Shown here: piece by piece, positions 1 through 9,679 of the stretch
Numbering within the stretch: position 1 is the first letter of the stretch
Layout: each line of letters starts with the position of its first letter
Assembly (NCBI GenBank): GCA_040767195.1
Contig: JAXGPA010000001.1
Location: forward strand, 768,001 to 832,000
From: Syntrophales bacterium
GTDB lineage: Bacteria > Desulfobacterota > Syntrophia > Syntrophales > UBA6807
Direction: 5' to 3'
DNA length: 64,000 nucleotides
Position numbers and translations under genes: made by a program
Notes under the pieces: model-generated
Databases searched by the model: none
What the model was told of the DNA's origin: nothing
What the model saw: the letters and a program-made list of their open reading frames with translations, nothing else

Positions 1-1022
1 CCGCGGCGATCCCCGCTTCCCTCGCCTTCTTCTCCACCTTCATGCAGGTCCACTTCCGGGCCGTCTCCCTCGGGCTTTCGGGGATTCCCCGGGCCGATCT
101 CCCCAGCATCAGGGGCGCTTTCGCCGCGGGATGGCATCATCTTTTCTCCATCTTCATTCTCATCTATTTTCTCATGCAGAACTACTCCCCCGAACGGGCC
201 GTTTTCTGGGCCATCATAACGACCGTCACCACCTCTTTTCTCATGGCCCTGGTCCGGCGGGAACCACTCGCCCTGCTGGGAAGGTATATTCTCGAAGGTC
301 TCAAGGAGGGCGCCACCGGTGCCGTCGAAGTCGCCGCGGCCTGCGCGGCGGCGGGAATCATCATCGGGTGCATCACCATGACCGGGCTCGGCATCCAGTT
401 CTCGTCCATCGTCATAGACGCCTCCATGGGACACCTGTACCTGGCGCTTCCCTTCACCATGGTCGCCTGCCTGTTCCTGGGAATGGGCGTCCCCACCACG
501 GCCCAGTATGTCATCATCTCCTCCCTGGTGGCACCCGCCCTTATCCAGATGGGCGTTCTGGCCATGAGCGCCCACCTGTTCATCCTCTATTTCGGAACCC
601 GGGCGGACATCACGCCGCCTGTGGCTCTGGCGGCCTACGCGGGGGCCGGCGTCGCCGGTTCCAACCCCTGGAAGACGGGCCTCTCGGCCTTTCAGCTCGG
701 CATCGCCGGTTTTATCATTCCCTTCATGTTCATCTACTCCCCCGAGCTCATCCTGGTGGGAAACCCTCTCCGAATCATTCTCGCCACGGCGACAGCGGCT
801 TTTGGAATCGTCTGTCTCGCCGCGGGCGTCCAGAAGTGTCTCATGATCCAGGCCACCTGGTACGAAGCGGCGCTCCTGATCGTCATCGCCCTTTTGCTCA
901 TCAAACCGGGCATTCCCACCGACGCGGCCGGGATAGGCCTTTTTGCCATTGTCTTTGTCCTGCAGTGGATCAGGAAAAAGCGTCTAAAAAACGGGGGTCC
1001 CCCCCAGGAGGTGTCTCCATGA
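1..1022 (+). CDS. TRAP transporter fused (4TM/12TM) permease, 5'-truncated by window edge
   Basis: Highly hydrophobic ORF with LGMGVPTTAQY and ADITPPVALAAYAGA motifs typical of TAXI-TRAP fused permeases; frame open from window start. Confidence 0.88.
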   Translation, partial: AAIPASLAFFSTFMQVHFRAVSLGLSGIPRADLPSIRGAFAAGWHHLFSIFILIYFLMQNYSPERAVFWAIITTVTTSFLMALVRREPLALLGRYILEGLKEGATGAVEVAAACAAAGIIIGCITMTGLGIQFSSIVIDASMGHLYLALPFTMVACLFLGMGVPTTAQYVIISSLVAPALIQMGVLAMSAHLFILYFGTRADITPPVALAAYAGAGVAGSNPWKTGLSAFQLGIAGFIIPFMFIYSPELILVGNPLRIILATATAAFGIVCLAAGVQKCLMIQATWYEAALLIVIALLLIKPGIPTDAAGIGLFAIVFVLQWIRKKRLKNGGPPQEVSP

Positions 1023-2365
1023 CCGGAAAAACGAACGAAGACCATGTTTTTTACAGAAATCCCACGAAGCATTACCCGAAGGCCGTGAGGGGACAGGGCA
1101 TTTATATTTACGACAGCGACGGGAAGGAATACATGGACGGATCCGGCGGGGCCGTCGTCGTCTCCATAGGTCACGGCGTCCCGGAAGTACAGGAGGCCAT
1201 GCTCCGGCAATCGGGCCTCATCTCCTTCACCCACGGTTCCCAGTTCACCACGGAACCGGCTGTCGCGCTGGCGGACCGCCTCATCGGGATAAGCCCCCGG
1301 GGACTGAACCGGGTTTATTACCTCTCCGGGGGATCTGAAGCCGTGGAAACAGCCGTCAAAATGGCCCGCCAGTACCAAGTGGACCGGGGTGTCCCCTCAA
1401 AGTACAAGGTGATTTCCCGCTGGACGAGCTATCACGGGAACACGCTGGGAGCCCTGGCGCTGAGCGGCCACACGGGCCGGCGGCGTTACCACCAGCCCCT
1501 CATGACCCACACCCCGCACATCATGCCCTGCTACTGTTACCGGTGCCCCCTCAACCTGAACCCGGAAAGCTGCGCCGTCGAGTGCGCCGACGACCTGGAA
1601 AAAGCCATTCTCTATGAAGGTCCTGACTCCGTGTCGGCCTTCATCGCCGAGCCCGTGGTGGGCGCTACAGCCGGGGCCCTCGTGCCGAAGGACGGTTACT
1701 TTCAGAGAATCCGGGAAATCTGCGACCGCTACGACGTGCTTCTCATGATCGACGAAGTCATGACCGGGGTCGGCCGGACGGGCCGTTATTTCGCCATGGA
1801 CCACTGGAACGTGGCCCCGGACATGATCATCGCCGCCAAGGGCCTCGCGAGCGGCTACACGCCCATCTACTGCGTCATCACCACGGAGGCGATTCACCGG
1901 GCCATCCGGGAAGGAAACGGGGCCTTCATTCACGGTCACACGTACAGCCAGAACCCTCTTTCCTGCGCCGTTGCCCTGGCGGTCCTCGAATACCTGGAAA
2001 AACACGGCCTCGTGGAACGGTCCGCCGTCATGGGGGCCTATCTCCTGGAAAAACTCCAGACGCTCAAAAATCACCCCATCGTGGGAGACGTCCGGGGCCT
2101 GGGGCTCTTCTGCGGAGTGGAACTCGTCCGGGACCGGAAAACAAAGGAACCCTTCGATCCCAAGATGAAAGTGAACGTCCTCGTGGGAAACCGGGCGTTT
2201 GAGAAAGGCCTCATCACCTACCCCGGGGGCGGGGGCGCCGACGGCGTTAACGGGGATCACATTCTCCTCGCGCCGCCTTTCATTATCGAAAAGGAGGAAA
2301 TCGACCGGCTCGTGAGCATTCTCGACGCATCCATCGGCGAAATCGAAAAAGAGAAAGGCTTTTAA
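1019..2365 (+). CDS. Class-III PLP-dependent aminotransferase
   Basis: SGGSEAVE, SYHGNT, FIAEPVVG, DEVMTGVGRTG, AKGL motifs. True start is ATG 1019 (ATGA overlap with the permease stop, AGGAGG upstream), not 131. Confidence 0.92.
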   Translation: MTGKTNEDHVFYRNPTKHYPKAVRGQGIYIYDSDGKEYMDGSGGAVVVSIGHGVPEVQEAMLRQSGLISFTHGSQFTTEPAVALADRLIGISPRGLNRVYYLSGGSEAVETAVKMARQYQVDRGVPSKYKVISRWTSYHGNTLGALALSGHTGRRRYHQPLMTHTPHIMPCYCYRCPLNLNPESCAVECADDLEKAILYEGPDSVSAFIAEPVVGATAGALVPKDGYFQRIREICDRYDVLLMIDEVMTGVGRTGRYFAMDHWNVAPDMIIAAKGLASGYTPIYCVITTEAIHRAIREGNGAFIHGHTYSQNPLSCAVALAVLEYLEKHGLVERSAVMGAYLLEKLQTLKNHPIVGDVRGLGLFCGVELVRDRKTKEPFDPKMKVNVLVGNRAFEKGLITYPGGGGADGVNGDHILLAPPFIIEKEEIDRLVSILDASIGEIEKEKGF

Positions 2366-2398
2366 AGGAAAGGTGGCGGCGGGCCGGAAAAAGCGTTC

Positions 2399-3544
2399 AT
2401 GATCCTTTTCCTTCTAACTTTCATCTTCATTTACGGCGGCCTTCACGCCTATGGCCTTTGGAAACTTCAGTCCGCCTTCTCCTTAGGAGCTCGGGTCACG
2501 GTCCCCCTTCTCATCGCGGCGGTCTTCCTCGTCCTGACCCCCCTGCTCACGCGAGTGACCGAACGGGCGGGCCATGAGGGTGCGGCCTTCGTCCTCGCCC
2601 ACATCGGGTATCCCTGGATGGGGTTCCTTTTTCTGTTTTTCGTCTTTTCCCTCCTCCTGGATCTCGGGCGCCTGTTCGTCCGCCTTTTTCGGGCTTCCGG
2701 GGAAACGGGGACGGGGCTCTTCCTTGAAGGATCCACTGCGTTTTTTCTGGCCTTCGGGGCCGCTCTCCTCGTTTCCCTTTACGGGGTCCTGGAAGCCCGG
2801 CACATCCAGGTTGAAAGAGTGTCCCTGGAAACGGACAAGCTGCCTCCCGGAACGACATCCCTCAGGATCGTCCAGATATCGGATGTCCACCTGGGGCTCA
2901 TGGTCGGGAAAAGCCACCTCGAGAGAATCGTCCGGATCGTCCGGGACCTCAAGCCGGATCTGCTCGTTTCCACGGGGGACCTGGTGGACGGAACCCTCTG
3001 CCGCCTGCCCGGACTCGCCGAAACGCTCCGGCGCCTGCCGAGTCCCCTGGGAAAGTTCGCCGTCACCGGCAACCATGAATCTTACGCGGGCCTGCCGGCG
3101 GCTCTGAGTTTCACCGAACAGGCCGGTTTTCGAATCCTCCGGGGCGAGACCGTCCGCCTTCCCGGCCTTTTGAGCATCACCGGCGTGGATGATCCCGCCG
3201 TGGGCCGTTTTGGTGGCGTCCCGAAAGGGGAGGAAGACACCCTTCTGCCCGAGGACGATCTTTTCACGCTTCTTCTGAAACACCGGCCCCTCATCCATCC
3301 CGCCTCGGAAGGGCGGTTCGATCTTCAGCTTTCCGGGCACACCCACCGGGGTCAGATTTTTCCCTTCACCCTTCTCACGGCCGTCGCCTATCCTTATCAA
3401 TCCGGCACCTACAGCCTTGCCGGGGGAGGTCTCCTGCACGTCAGCCGGGGAACCGGGACCTGGGGCCCGCCCCTGCGGGTCCTGTCCCCCCCGGAGATCA
3501 CCCTGGTCGAATTGAAGAAAAAAGCGACCGCGGCGGGATCCTGA
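2399..3544 (+). CDS. Membrane-anchored metallophosphoesterase (YkuE/YaeI-like)
   Basis: N-terminal TM helices; DVH, GDLVD, GNHE, SGHTHRGQ calcineurin-like motifs. Confidence 0.9.
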   Translation: MILFLLTFIFIYGGLHAYGLWKLQSAFSLGARVTVPLLIAAVFLVLTPLLTRVTERAGHEGAAFVLAHIGYPWMGFLFLFFVFSLLLDLGRLFVRLFRASGETGTGLFLEGSTAFFLAFGAALLVSLYGVLEARHIQVERVSLETDKLPPGTTSLRIVQISDVHLGLMVGKSHLERIVRIVRDLKPDLLVSTGDLVDGTLCRLPGLAETLRRLPSPLGKFAVTGNHESYAGLPAALSFTEQAGFRILRGETVRLPGLLSITGVDDPAVGRFGGVPKGEEDTLLPEDDLFTLLLKHRPLIHPASEGRFDLQLSGHTHRGQIFPFTLLTAVAYPYQSGTYSLAGGGLLHVSRGTGTWGPPLRVLSPPEITLVELKKKATAAGS

Positions 3545-3619
3545 ACCCGGCCATTTCTTGAAGATGAGTTGCCGCTGTGTTAGAATTTTTCAAAAAAGAG
3601 GTACGGGAAAGGATTCCCC

Positions 3620-4444
3620 ATGGAAGAAAAGGTCATTCTGACAGCAGCCATTACGGGGAGCCGGATGCAGAGAGACGTGGCCCCCTACATCCCTATCACC
3701 CCGGAAGAAATCGCCCAGTCCGCCGTTGAGTGCTGGGAAGCGGGCGCATCCATCGTTCACATTCATGTCCGGGACCCCCAAACGGGGATGGGCAGCCAGG
3801 ACCTCAACCTGTTCCGAAAGGTCGTGGACACACTGAGGGCGAAGACGGATGTGGTCATCTGCCTCACCACGAGCGGCGTGCCCGGATTGAACCTGCCCAC
3901 GGAAGAACGGCTCGCCCCCCTGAAGCTGAAGCCCGAACTCGCCTCATTCGACGCCGGGTCGATCAATCTCGGTGGGAAGCCTTTCATCAATTCTCTCGAG
4001 TTTCTCGATGAGGCGGCAAGGCAGATGAGGGCGTACGGCGTCAAGCCGGAAATCGAGGTTTTCGACCTGGGAATGATCATGACGGCCCTGCGGATGAGAG
4101 ACGAGGGCAAACTGGACGATCCCCTGCATTTTCAATTCGTACTCGGGACCCCCTGGGGAGCGCCGGCCACACCCAAGTCTTTCCTTCACTTTTATGAACA
4201 TCTCCCGCCGGAGGCCACCTGGTCTGTCATCGGCATCGGACGGCAGCAGATTCACATGGCCATGATGGCCCTGATTTCAGGCGGCCACATCCGGGTCGGC
4301 ATGGAAGACAATATTTACCTGAAGCATGGGGTTCTCGCCCGGACGAACGCCGAGTTCATCGAAAGGTACGGAAGGCTCTGCCGGGAATACGGCCGTGACG
4401 TGGCCACCCCGGCGGAAACGAGGAAGATTCTCGGTCTCATTTGA
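3620..4444 (+). CDS. kce: 3-keto-5-aminohexanoate cleavage enzyme family (BKACE/DUF849)
   Basis: ILTAAITG, PITPEEIA, GASIVHIHVRD (HxH metal ligands), HIRVGMEDN. Confidence 0.88.
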   Translation: MEEKVILTAAITGSRMQRDVAPYIPITPEEIAQSAVECWEAGASIVHIHVRDPQTGMGSQDLNLFRKVVDTLRAKTDVVICLTTSGVPGLNLPTEERLAPLKLKPELASFDAGSINLGGKPFINSLEFLDEAARQMRAYGVKPEIEVFDLGMIMTALRMRDEGKLDDPLHFQFVLGTPWGAPATPKSFLHFYEHLPPEATWSVIGIGRQQIHMAMMALISGGHIRVGMEDNIYLKHGVLARTNAEFIERYGRLCREYGRDVATPAETRKILGLI

Positions 4445-5798
4445 ATCCATATTTCTTCAGCTTATACCGGAGCATCCTCTCGCTTATCCCTAAAAGGGAG
4501 GCCGCCCGGCTCTGGTTGTGATCGGCCTGTTCAAGGGCTTTCTGGATCATCTCCTGTTCCATGTCCTCGATGGCGCCCCGGAGAGACTCTTTTCCCGGTC
4601 GCGCCCCTTCCCGTGGGTGAGAGGGCAACGCCTGAAAGGGAAGGTCGCGGAGGGAAATGACGGGATCCCGGGCGATGACGACGGCCCGCTCGATGATATT
4701 TTCCAGTTCCCGCACATTGCCCGGGTAATTGTACTTGAGCAGGAGATCCATGGCCTCACTGCTCGTGCCCTGTATGTCCTTGTCGTTTTCCCTGGCGAAC
4801 TGCTTGATGAAATGGTTGATCAAAAGGGGGATGTCCTCTTTCCTTTCGCGGAGGGGCAGGATGTTCATGACCACCACGTTGAGGCGATAGAACAGGTCTT
4901 CCCGGAAAGATCCTTCCCGGACCTTGCTTTCCAGGTCCCTGTTCGTGGCGCTGATGATCCGGACGTCCGCCTTGATGACCTGATTTCCTCCCAGTCTCTG
5001 AAACTCCCGTTCCTGCAGAAAGCGCAGAAGCTTGACCTGGACCGGGGGAAACAACTCACCGATCTCGTCCAGGAAGAGGGTTCCCCCGTCGGCTTCCTCG
5101 AACTTCCCGATCCTGCGCGCCGCCGCTCCCGTAAAGGCTCCCCGCTCATGGCCGAAGAGCTCGCTTTCCAGAAGGGTATCCGGAATGGCGCTGCAATTGA
5201 CGACAATAAGGGGTTTCTCCGACCGGGGACTCATGGTGTGAATGAGACGGGCGAAAAGCTCCTTGCCCGTGCCGCTTTCCCCTTGCAGGAGAACGGTGGC
5301 CCGGCTCGGGGCGACCCGGCCGACCATGTTGATCAGGTCCTCCATGCGCCGGTTCTTGTAGATGATCTGGTCCGGCGCGCTTCCTTTTTTCCACAGCCGC
5401 TGCCGGAGAATTTCATTCTCCCGGATGAGGACCTTTCGCTCAGCGATCCGGTCAATGAGTATGCCCAGTTCATCGAGATCGACGGGTTTGGTGATGTAAT
5501 CGAGGGCGCCCTGTTTCATGGCATCCACGGCCGTTTCGATGGTTCCGAAAGCGGTGATCATGATGACATCGATACCGGGATTGATGGCTTTCAGGCGGTT
5601 CAGGACTTCCATGCCGTCCATGCCGGGCATCTTGTAGTCCAGGAGGGCCAGGTCCACAGGACCGCTCATGACTTGATCAATCGCTTCCTGGCCGTTCTGG
5701 GCTTCAAAAACGGTATGACCTTCCGCGGCCATGTAGTCCCTCAGCATCTCCCGCTGGGTCTTACCGTCTTCCACGATGAGGATGTTCAGTTTTGTCAT
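4437..5798 (-). CDS. Sigma-54-dependent response regulator (NtrC/ZraR/AtoC family)
   Basis: Receiver (LLDYKMP), GESGTGKE, GAFTGA, LFLDEIGE, YPGNVRELEN, C-terminal Fis-type HTH. Confidence 0.95.
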   Translation of the reverse strand: MTKLNILIVEDGKTQREMLRDYMAAEGHTVFEAQNGQEAIDQVMSGPVDLALLDYKMPGMDGMEVLNRLKAINPGIDVIMITAFGTIETAVDAMKQGALDYITKPVDLDELGILIDRIAERKVLIRENEILRQRLWKKGSAPDQIIYKNRRMEDLINMVGRVAPSRATVLLQGESGTGKELFARLIHTMSPRSEKPLIVVNCSAIPDTLLESELFGHERGAFTGAAARRIGKFEEADGGTLFLDEIGELFPPVQVKLLRFLQEREFQRLGGNQVIKADVRIISATNRDLESKVREGSFREDLFYRLNVVVMNILPLRERKEDIPLLINHFIKQFARENDKDIQGTSSEAMDLLLKYNYPGNVRELENIIERAVVIARDPVISLRDLPFQALPSHPREGARPGKESLRGAIEDMEQEMIQKALEQADHNQSRAASLLGISERMLRYKLKKYGFK

Positions 5799-5851
5799 TT
5801 CCCCGGACCTTTTTCAGTCCTTCCGATGGCCGTCACGAGCCTTTTGTAATC

Positions 5852-7663
5852 TCAAATTCCTTCTCTGACCGTCTTTTCAGCGGCCCCCTCCGCCTGTTCC
5901 ACTGGAAGCCGGATCTCAAAGGTCGTTCCCTGGCCCGCCTCGCTTTCCACGTGAATTTCCCCCTGGTGGCCGCGGATCACCTCGTAGGCCAGGGGAAGCC
6001 CGAGACCCAGACCCTTCTCCTTGGTCGTGTATTCGGGACTGAAAATGTGCTCCATCTGCTCATCCGTGAGACCGCTGCCCGTGTCGGATATGCGGATCCG
6101 GACCTCTTTTTCCCCGTTTTTCTGAAGGGCCACCGTAACCGTTCCTTCTCCCGTGATGGATTCCAGGGCGTTTTTGAGAATATTGAGAAGCGCCTGTTTC
6201 ATCTTGTCTTCATCCATGGAGACGATGATGGGACCGCCATTAAAGACCGTTGTCAGCCTGATCCCCCGAGAATGGGCCTCCTCGGAGACGAGTCCCGTTA
6301 TTTTCTGAAGAACGTCAACGATGGAGTGGTTATTGAAAACGAGCTTGCGGCTCCGGGTAAAGACGATGAATTCCTCGATAATACCGTTCAGCCTCCGGAT
6401 CTCCTCCCGGAGGATCTCCATGATCTTCAAGAATTGCGCCTTTTTCTCCTCCTGGTCCGGGGGGAACTGGCGCTGCACCCGCTGAACGGCGATACTGATG
6501 GCATTGAGGGGGTTTCGAATTTCGTGGGCGACGCCGGCAGCCAGTTTGCCGAGTGCTGAAAGACGCTCGGCCTGCCTCAGCTTCCGGCTCATTTCCTCCA
6601 TTTTCATGAGATGGCGGTTCTGATTCTGATAGAGGGCGTAAATGGAAAGAACACCGATGAGAAGGAAAAATACCGTGGAAAGGATGGCCTGGTTCTTGTT
6701 CTCTCTCAGGATGTCATTGGTTTTGTCGTTATAGAGGCCGATGCGCGCATAACCGGCCACCTGATCGTCAAGGGTCACCGGGGACAGGACCTCCAGAACG
6801 GGGTGACCGTCAAAATCACTCTTGCGGATCGAGATGGGAACCTGTTGCTCAACAATTTTTGGAAACAGGGAAGAATCCTCGACGGGCGGAAGGTCCGGGG
6901 CCCCGGAGCGGCCGATTTCCAGGCCCTTCTTGTCGAGAATCACCAGGTAGGCCATGCCCTTTCCCCACCCTGCTTCGCCAATGGCCCGGTCCAGGGAAAT
7001 TCGGGTGCACCACTCCCGCAACCCCTTGTCGTCCAAGGCGGTAATGATGGTGCCGCTTCCATCCTTGCGACGCACGGCGATATACCCGATTTCATCGAGT
7101 TTTCCGCCCACACGGTTGAAAAGATCGATGATGATGTCTTCGTGACTCAGAAAAATCGGCGGAGACTGACGGGGTGTCTCTCCTTCCGTCCGGCCGCTTT
7201 GGTAAACGATCTCCCCTTTCCTGTCCAGAACGGCGATGAGCCAGATGTTTTCCCGTTCCGCGATGGTTGTGAGATCTTCGTCCCGAAGCCCTTCGGTCTG
7301 CCATTTCCTGTCGATGTTCCTGGCGATGTCAACGAGGGCCCGGATCAAATCTTCCTGGGGAGAAAAACTCTCACTGGCGAGAGGAATGAAATTCCGGCCG
7401 CCCTCGTCCTTGCGGAAGGCCTGATACATGGAATGAAGATTGTCCTGGGCCACTTTTTCAATCGTGGTCAGAATATCCAGGGCGCGGCTCTCCATGAAAT
7501 CGTTCAGAGTCTTGTCGAGCCTCTTGAGGTAGGTGAAACCGAGACCGGAAATGAGTCCTGCAACGATGAGAATGACCACGGTAACGGTGAGAGGCCGGAG
7601 GATCGGTCCCCGGGGGGGAGGCGTCCCGGACGTGTCTTCCTTTTTCTGCCTGCGACCGATCAT
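5852..7663 (-). CDS. Membrane sensor histidine kinase (ZraS-like)
   Basis: Two TM segments flanking a large periplasmic domain; H-box AHEIRNPLN, N-box NILKNALE, DTGSG and GLGLGL G-boxes. Confidence 0.93.
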   Translation of the reverse strand: MIGRRQKKEDTSGTPPPRGPILRPLTVTVVILIVAGLISGLGFTYLKRLDKTLNDFMESRALDILTTIEKVAQDNLHSMYQAFRKDEGGRNFIPLASESFSPQEDLIRALVDIARNIDRKWQTEGLRDEDLTTIAERENIWLIAVLDRKGEIVYQSGRTEGETPRQSPPIFLSHEDIIIDLFNRVGGKLDEIGYIAVRRKDGSGTIITALDDKGLREWCTRISLDRAIGEAGWGKGMAYLVILDKKGLEIGRSGAPDLPPVEDSSLFPKIVEQQVPISIRKSDFDGHPVLEVLSPVTLDDQVAGYARIGLYNDKTNDILRENKNQAILSTVFFLLIGVLSIYALYQNQNRHLMKMEEMSRKLRQAERLSALGKLAAGVAHEIRNPLNAISIAVQRVQRQFPPDQEEKKAQFLKIMEILREEIRRLNGIIEEFIVFTRSRKLVFNNHSIVDVLQKITGLVSEEAHSRGIRLTTVFNGGPIIVSMDEDKMKQALLNILKNALESITGEGTVTVALQKNGEKEVRIRISDTGSGLTDEQMEHIFSPEYTTKEKGLGLGLPLAYEVIRGHQGEIHVESEAGQGTTFEIRLPVEQAEGAAEKTVREGI

Positions 7664-7667
7664 GCCT

Positions 7668-8126
7668 TTACCAGACCCGCCTCAAGGGCGGGGTTTCCAG
7701 GTTGCACCACGACCGGATCTGTTCAGCCGTCAACACGCGCCGGATTTCTATCTGGCACTGAATGCCCGCCATCTCCAGTTCACTTCGAACCTTTCCAATA
7801 TCCGAGGCCGCGGAGAGAATATCCGTGTCCCGGGCGTCCGGGTTTCTCAAGAGGGCCGCGACTTCCAGCTGCTTGAGCATGATCTGGCTTCGAAGCTGCA
7901 TAAACAGATTATTGTACTTGAGGCTTATCCTGTCAATGGCCTCGACCTGCTCGGAAGAGAGGATCATTTTCGAAATGGGGGTGCACTTGCAGGCCCCGTC
8001 TTCTTCCTGCATGGGCGTAGCCGTCTCTTTTTTTCCCTCCTGTGTCTCTTCCCCGGAAACGGGAGAAACGGAATAAAGGGCAAGAGAGAGGGCAAGAGCC
8101 AGAAGAAAATAAAAACATTTTTTCAT
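7668..8126 (-). CDS. Periplasmic Spy/CpxP/ZraP-family protein
   Basis: Signal peptide from MKKCFYF (ATG 8126, AGGAG RBS); LSSEQ...VLTAEQ (LTxxQ) motifs; first gene of the TCS operon. Confidence 0.8.
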   Translation of the reverse strand: MKKCFYFLLALALSLALYSVSPVSGEETQEGKKETATPMQEEDGACKCTPISKMILSSEQVEAIDRISLKYNNLFMQLRSQIMLKQLEVAALLRNPDARDTDILSAASDIGKVRSELEMAGIQCQIEIRRVLTAEQIRSWCNLETPPLRRVW

Positions 8127-8163
8127 GATTCGATTCTCCTTTTCAGCACATCGTCCTCTCTGT

Positions 8164-8180
8164 CGCAAATATTGTACCAG
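8164..8180 (-). promoter_or_regulatory. Sigma-54 (-24/-12) promoter
   Basis: Minus strand CTGGTACAATATTTGCG = GG-N10-GC, close to consensus TGGCAC-N5-TTGC, ~40 bp upstream of the ZraP-like start; the operon encodes a sigma-54 activator. Confidence 0.8.
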
Positions 8181-8581
8181 AGAACGGGGCCGACAAAACC
8201 GGCGAAACGCTTCCTGACGACTGCCGGAGACGTCTGACGGACAACCCCTGAAGCGGCCCCCGGAAATCTTTTTTACATCAGGAAAATTCGCCTTTTCAGC
8301 ATGCTGCATTGAAATAGATATTCCTTTTCACGAGATAATGCAAACCAAAGAACACGGGATGCCAGACGGAAAATGGCATTGTCCCGGACGGCGCGGCGAC
8401 AATGACGGTCCCGGCGGCCTCGAAAACGACAATAATGTCGAACCCGTCTTTTTCTCGGCTTCAGATCTATCCATTTTTTAATCAATTATCCATCCACAGG
8501 GCTTCCCTGGAAAATTGGATTCCCGGCTGTCAAGGACAGGATTCATATTTTCTTTGACTTGATTTTCCTTTTTTCTTTATA

Positions 8582-9679
8582 GTGCTTTCCATGACCCGCT
8601 CCCGTCTCCTTCATGAAAAAGACATTCAGCGGAAAACCGTGACGACGTCATCCGATGATTTCATTTTCTGTGAACGTTTCCTGAGAAAGGTCTCCCGGAC
8701 GTTTGCCGTGAACATCGGGGTCCTTCGGGGACCTGTTTACCGGGGCGTCCTGATTGCCTATCTCCTGTGCCGCATGGCCGACACGATCGAGGACGACCCG
8801 GAGATGGCGCCTTCTCTGAAGACGGAAAAACTTCGCCAGTATGCCTCCATGTTTCCGCCGTCCCGAAATTTTGAAAACGGTTATGTCGACTTTCTTGACG
8901 ACCTTCCCTTCAGGGAGGACGAGGATGAAAGCATCCTTCTCCACAGCGGCAGCCGGGTCCTTCGGGAATTCGTCAAGCTTCCTCCCTCCCTCGTGAAAAT
9001 CGTCTCCACCCATGTCCGGGAAATGGCGGAAGGGATGGCGCGGTTTCAGGAGCGCGTCGCAAAGGAAGGGACCTCTTTTCTCCGGGACGAAAAAGACCTT
9101 CGAAAATACTGTTATTTCGTTGCCGGTACCGTGGGCGTCATGCTGACGGGTATCTTCACCGGGCACACGTCCCGCATCTCGCCGGCGGCCAGGCGGATCC
9201 TCGAAAACAAAAGCGTCGCTTTCGGGCAGGGTCTTCAGATCACGAACATCGCCCGGGATGTCTTTGGAGACCAGGCAAGAGGCTGGTGCTACATTCCCCG
9301 GTCGTTCTTCCCTGAATCGACCCATTTTCCCATGGACCTGTCAGCGCCGGGAAACCGGGACGCCCTCGTGCAGGCCCACCGGCGTCTTGTCCGCCTGGCC
9401 GCGGATTGTCTTGACGACGCCCTGGAATACACCCTGGCGCTCCCGCGAAGCCTCTATCGCTTAAGGCTTTTTTGCCTTTGGCCTCTTTTCATGGCCGTCG
9501 AGTCCCTCGGAAAGATCAGCGGTGACGGGGATTTTCTCACCGGGAAGCCCGTCAAAATCACCCGGGGCGACGTGAAGCGGATCGTCAGAAACACGAGCCT
9601 GGCCGTCTTTTCGAATCACGCTCTTCGAAAAATGTACGGGAACGCCCGCAAACGGGTCTTGACGACCCCGCCTCTATGA
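8582..9679 (+). CDS. Squalene/phytoene synthase family protein (squalene synthase-like)
   Basis: VSRTFA, DTIEDD, YCYFVAGTVG, GLQITNIARD motifs; start may be ATG 8591. Confidence 0.88.
   Translation: MLSMTRSRLLHEKDIQRKTVTTSSDDFIFCERFLRKVSRTFAVNIGVLRGPVYRGVLIAYLLCRMADTIEDDPEMAPSLKTEKLRQYASMFPPSRNFENGYVDFLDDLPFREDEDESILLHSGSRVLREFVKLPPSLVKIVSTHVREMAEGMARFQERVAKEGTSFLRDEKDLRKYCYFVAGTVGVMLTGIFTGHTSRISPAARRILENKSVAFGQGLQITNIARDVFGDQARGWCYIPRSFFPESTHFPMDLSAPGNRDALVQAHRRLVRLAADCLDDALEYTLALPRSLYRLRLFCLWPLFMAVESLGKISGDGDFLTGKPVKITRGDVKRIVRNTSLAVFSNHALRKMYGNARKRVLTTPPL

Noticed and set aside
131..1018. Apparent 744-aa aminotransferase with long N-terminal extension
   Set aside because: The extension is an off-frame read of the TRAP permease; the real start is ATG 1019 with its own RBS
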